DNA of 64,000 nucleotides, from the NCBI GenBank assembly GCA_021810905.1, contig JAJZQH010000003.1, forward strand, positions 1,897 through 65,896, read 5' to 3'. The position numbers and the translations under genes are program-made. Under the pieces are notes generated by a model. The model had not been told where the DNA came from and did not search any database. It was given only the letters and a program-made list of their open reading frames with translations. This stretch comes from a bacterium. Lineage in GTDB: Bacteria > UBA10199 > 2-02-FULL-44-16 > JAAZCA01. Below are positions 61,834-64,000 of the stretch, piece by piece; the first letter of the stretch is position 1, and each line of letters opens with the position of its first letter.

Positions 61834-62420
61834 TCACCAGAATTCTGGCTTATGAAACGGGCCGTGACGGTCCTCCAAGTTTGGTGAAAACTGAGAGACC
61901 TGAAGAACGCCTTGTCTGATCTTTTTATAAAACGTCGCATACGCGAGAAGTGTTCGGCTCGGGTGTCTATGAGGATTCAGTACGCCGACTCGTTTTCCGA
62001 GCTCCTTTGTCGTGATCCTTATGACCTCGGCAAGATCGGAATCGTTTGAGACGATGACAGCCGTATCGAATCTGTCCTTGTACGCATCGTTGAGCATGTG
62101 AACGGCAAGATTTACATCCGAACCTTTTTCCTCGGTTCGGATGACGCGGACGTATTTCGTTTTACCGCACTCCTTTTCCGCCAGCGGCATCATAACGGGA
62201 TGCGAAAGAAAGTGACCCAATATGATGGAAAGTTGAACCCGTCGATATAGACGCTTGTCCTGCACGGGGATTTGATAAAGCAAAGGCCGCTTGGAGCGGC
62301 CTCGCGCCCTGCGCCGAAGCGACAGGGGTGGTATCTGAAATTATGATAGCCTTGAGTCCTTCCATTGTCCATGCGGAATTTCTTTTGCATCGAATCTCTC
62401 TCGGCTGTCTGTCGATTCAA
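61834..62420 (-). pseudogene. NYN/LabA-like (PIN-fold) domain protein, apparently frameshifted
   Basis: The N-terminal NYN segment ...SVYIDGFNF... is in one frame (62190..62420). The remaining domain (GSDVNLAVHMLNDAYKDRFDTAVIVSNDSDLAEVI) is in another frame (61834..62283). Confidence 0.5.
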
Positions 62421-62855
62421 TTAACAGCAAGGCGCGTGCCAGATACGCGCTGATTGCAACTCCTTGAAAGTCAGCTGATTTATTTTTCGATATTCGGATC
62501 GACTGCAGTGAAACGCAGCAGCACTGCACGAAAACTGGGCAGTTGATCAAACTGGTCGCAATTTGCGACCGGTAGGTTCCCCGCCCTATACAAGCCCCCC
62601 CCCCGCTTGCCTATGGAGTCATTTTTATCCATATTTTTCAATCATATAGCCCGGATTTTCCCTTGTCGCGCTCCTTATAATTATGCTACTTTACCGCAAC
62701 TTGTTCATCCTATCATTATAATGGGGGCACGCAGCATCATTCTCCCCCTTTATAAGGGGGAGTTAGAGGGGGTAGATCCGAGTGAATACAGGGTGCACAG
62801 CGGTGCTCCTCGCGCGAAGCTGGGTGCGGCGGACTCCGTGCTCCGGCAAGTTGCT

Positions 62856-63061
62856 GCGGAAACGATTTCAGCTCTTCCCTCGTCGCTGGCGCACTTCGCT
62901 CGCTACTCGTCGCCAAAAAGCCGTTGGCGTCATTCGCGACTTGGAGATCCTCCTCTGTCGGCTTCCAAGTCGCGACGCCAATCGGCTTTTTAGCTCCTCA
63001 TACGCTCGTCTCGTAAACGCGCCTTTTACGCTCCTCCGGGAAGAGCTGAAATCGTCCCCGC
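62856..63061. repeat. ~205-bp imperfect nested palindrome at GC/AT compositional boundary
   Basis: Outer arms GCGGAAACGATTTCAGCTCTTCCC / GGGAAGAGCTGAAATCGTCCCCGC. Inner arms CGCCAAAAAGCCGTTGGCGTC..GCGACTTGG / CCAAGTCGCGACGCCAATCGGCTTTTTAGC. Centre near 62958. Confidence 0.5.
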
Positions 63062-63179
63062 AGCACATGAACTTCGCACACGGGCCGCACGAACGTAGCG
63101 TTCCGAGTAGAGGCACGCGGCGTGTTGTGCAAGGTTGTTCGCCTTGTAGGTATAAAGAAAGACTTGCCTTGGAGGCAAT

Positions 63180-63572
63180 ATGTCTGAATGGCAACAACAA
63201 TTAATCGCAGACACATTTCAAAATTATCAAAATATGCTAATGCAAATATCACTCTTGCTTGTAACTGGCGGTGTCATCTTACTTTTGACTAAAGAATATA
63301 CAAAAAACTGGAAAATTTTAGGCGTCCTTGGAGTTGCGGTTGCCGTCTTCGGTATCGTCATCAATCATCATATTTATTCACTAATAATTGAGAGGTTAAA
63401 GGTCATCGCGGATAACAAAGGCAGCATTCTATTAGAAACACAACCAAACCAATGTCTGAGCCTTGGCGGCTGGTACGTTTTTCAAATTATTTGTAATAGC
63501 ATTGCCGCAATTATTTTATTCATCATTTTGTTAACGGCAAAGATTGATAGAATCGCCGCCCAAAAGAGGTAA
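63180..63572 (+). CDS. Hypothetical small membrane protein in AT-rich segment
   Basis: 130-aa ORF with 3 predicted TM helices. AT-rich codon usage unlike the rest of the window. Confidence 0.45.
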   Translation: MSEWQQQLIADTFQNYQNMLMQISLLLVTGGVILLLTKEYTKNWKILGVLGVAVAVFGIVINHHIYSLIIERLKVIADNKGSILLETQPNQCLSLGGWYVFQIICNSIAAIILFIILLTAKIDRIAAQKR

Positions 63573-63575
63573 GTA

Positions 63576-64000
63576 TGGTCAGCCGGATTATTTATATCTG
63601 TGCATTCATTTCATTGGTGGCGCTTACTCTCCAAGCTAGTGAGAAGAATTTTTCAAGTAATTCATTTTTATCTGGAGGCTGGACGCAGCTAGACGGTGCC
63701 AGGGTTGGATTTGATGACATCGTTTCGTTAAAAGACATGCAATTCATTCATTCTGACCGAGAGAGTGTCTCATTGGCGAGTACAAATGCAGGCGCGAAAA
63801 TGAAAAAAGTTGAGATAAAAAATAATTTTGACGGAATATTGACATTCTTCAATTTTTTTATACCTGATGATAGCAAAACGGTGAGAATCTTATTTAGCGA
63901 TACTTGGCCCCTCGCAGATATTTATGTGGATGACCACGGCCCTTTTGGAGGTACTAGTAAAAGCGGTATTGGTTTTATTCACGAGCAGTTTGAGTTAGGA
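63576..64000 (+). CDS. Hypothetical secreted protein, 3'-partial (runs off window), AT-rich
   Basis: ATG at 63576 with signal-peptide-like MVSRIIYICAFISLVALTLQASE. Translated by hand: open to the window end. Not in the ORF track because it has no stop. Confidence 0.4.

Noticed and set aside
62607-62993. 128-aa ORF 62607..62993 in the non-coding boundary zone
   Set aside because: Its composition changes midway, it overlaps the long palindrome, and it has no RBS or recognisable features. It is more likely a structured non-coding region.

Overview
This is a high-GC (roughly 60-65%) bacterial chromosomal window, densely coding on both strands, with no rRNA, tRNA or CRISPR found. The core metabolic loci are a kdpABC operon plus a kinase-less kdpD, a full Pho locus (phoU-pstB-pstB-pstA-pstC-pstS, an OprP-like porin, alkaline phosphatase, phoB/phoR), an HME-RND efflux operon (tolC-like, adaptor, CusA/CzcA-like), pgm, and an ABC-F ATPase. 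The most unusual region is 1-10715 on the minus strand: a tightly coupled operon behind a perfect sigma-54 -24/-12 promoter, encoding a full-architecture HypE/HypF pair, a B12-binding radical SAM enzyme, an isochorismatase-family hydrolase, an arginase/agmatinase-family ureohydrolase and a multimodular NRPS (A-T-C-T-C, running off the window). No hydrogenase or other hyp genes are in the window. This looks like an undescribed biosynthetic cluster that may use the [NiFe]-hydrogenase cyanide-ligand machinery for natural-product tailoring. Other oddities are a sigma-70-family protein with a ~600-aa N-terminal domain of five tandem repeats; two diverged paralogs of a Cys-rich lipoprotein sharing an identical 50-aa hydrophobic block; a MITE-like palindromic element in four copies plus a second TIR-bounded element sharing its internal hairpin module; two paralogous B12-radical-SAM genes flanking the kdp operon; a bacterial thaumatin-like protein; several probable frameshifted pseudogenes; and a GC-to-AT compositional break at the 3' end of the window, preceded by a ~200-bp imperfect palindrome and a C10 tract.
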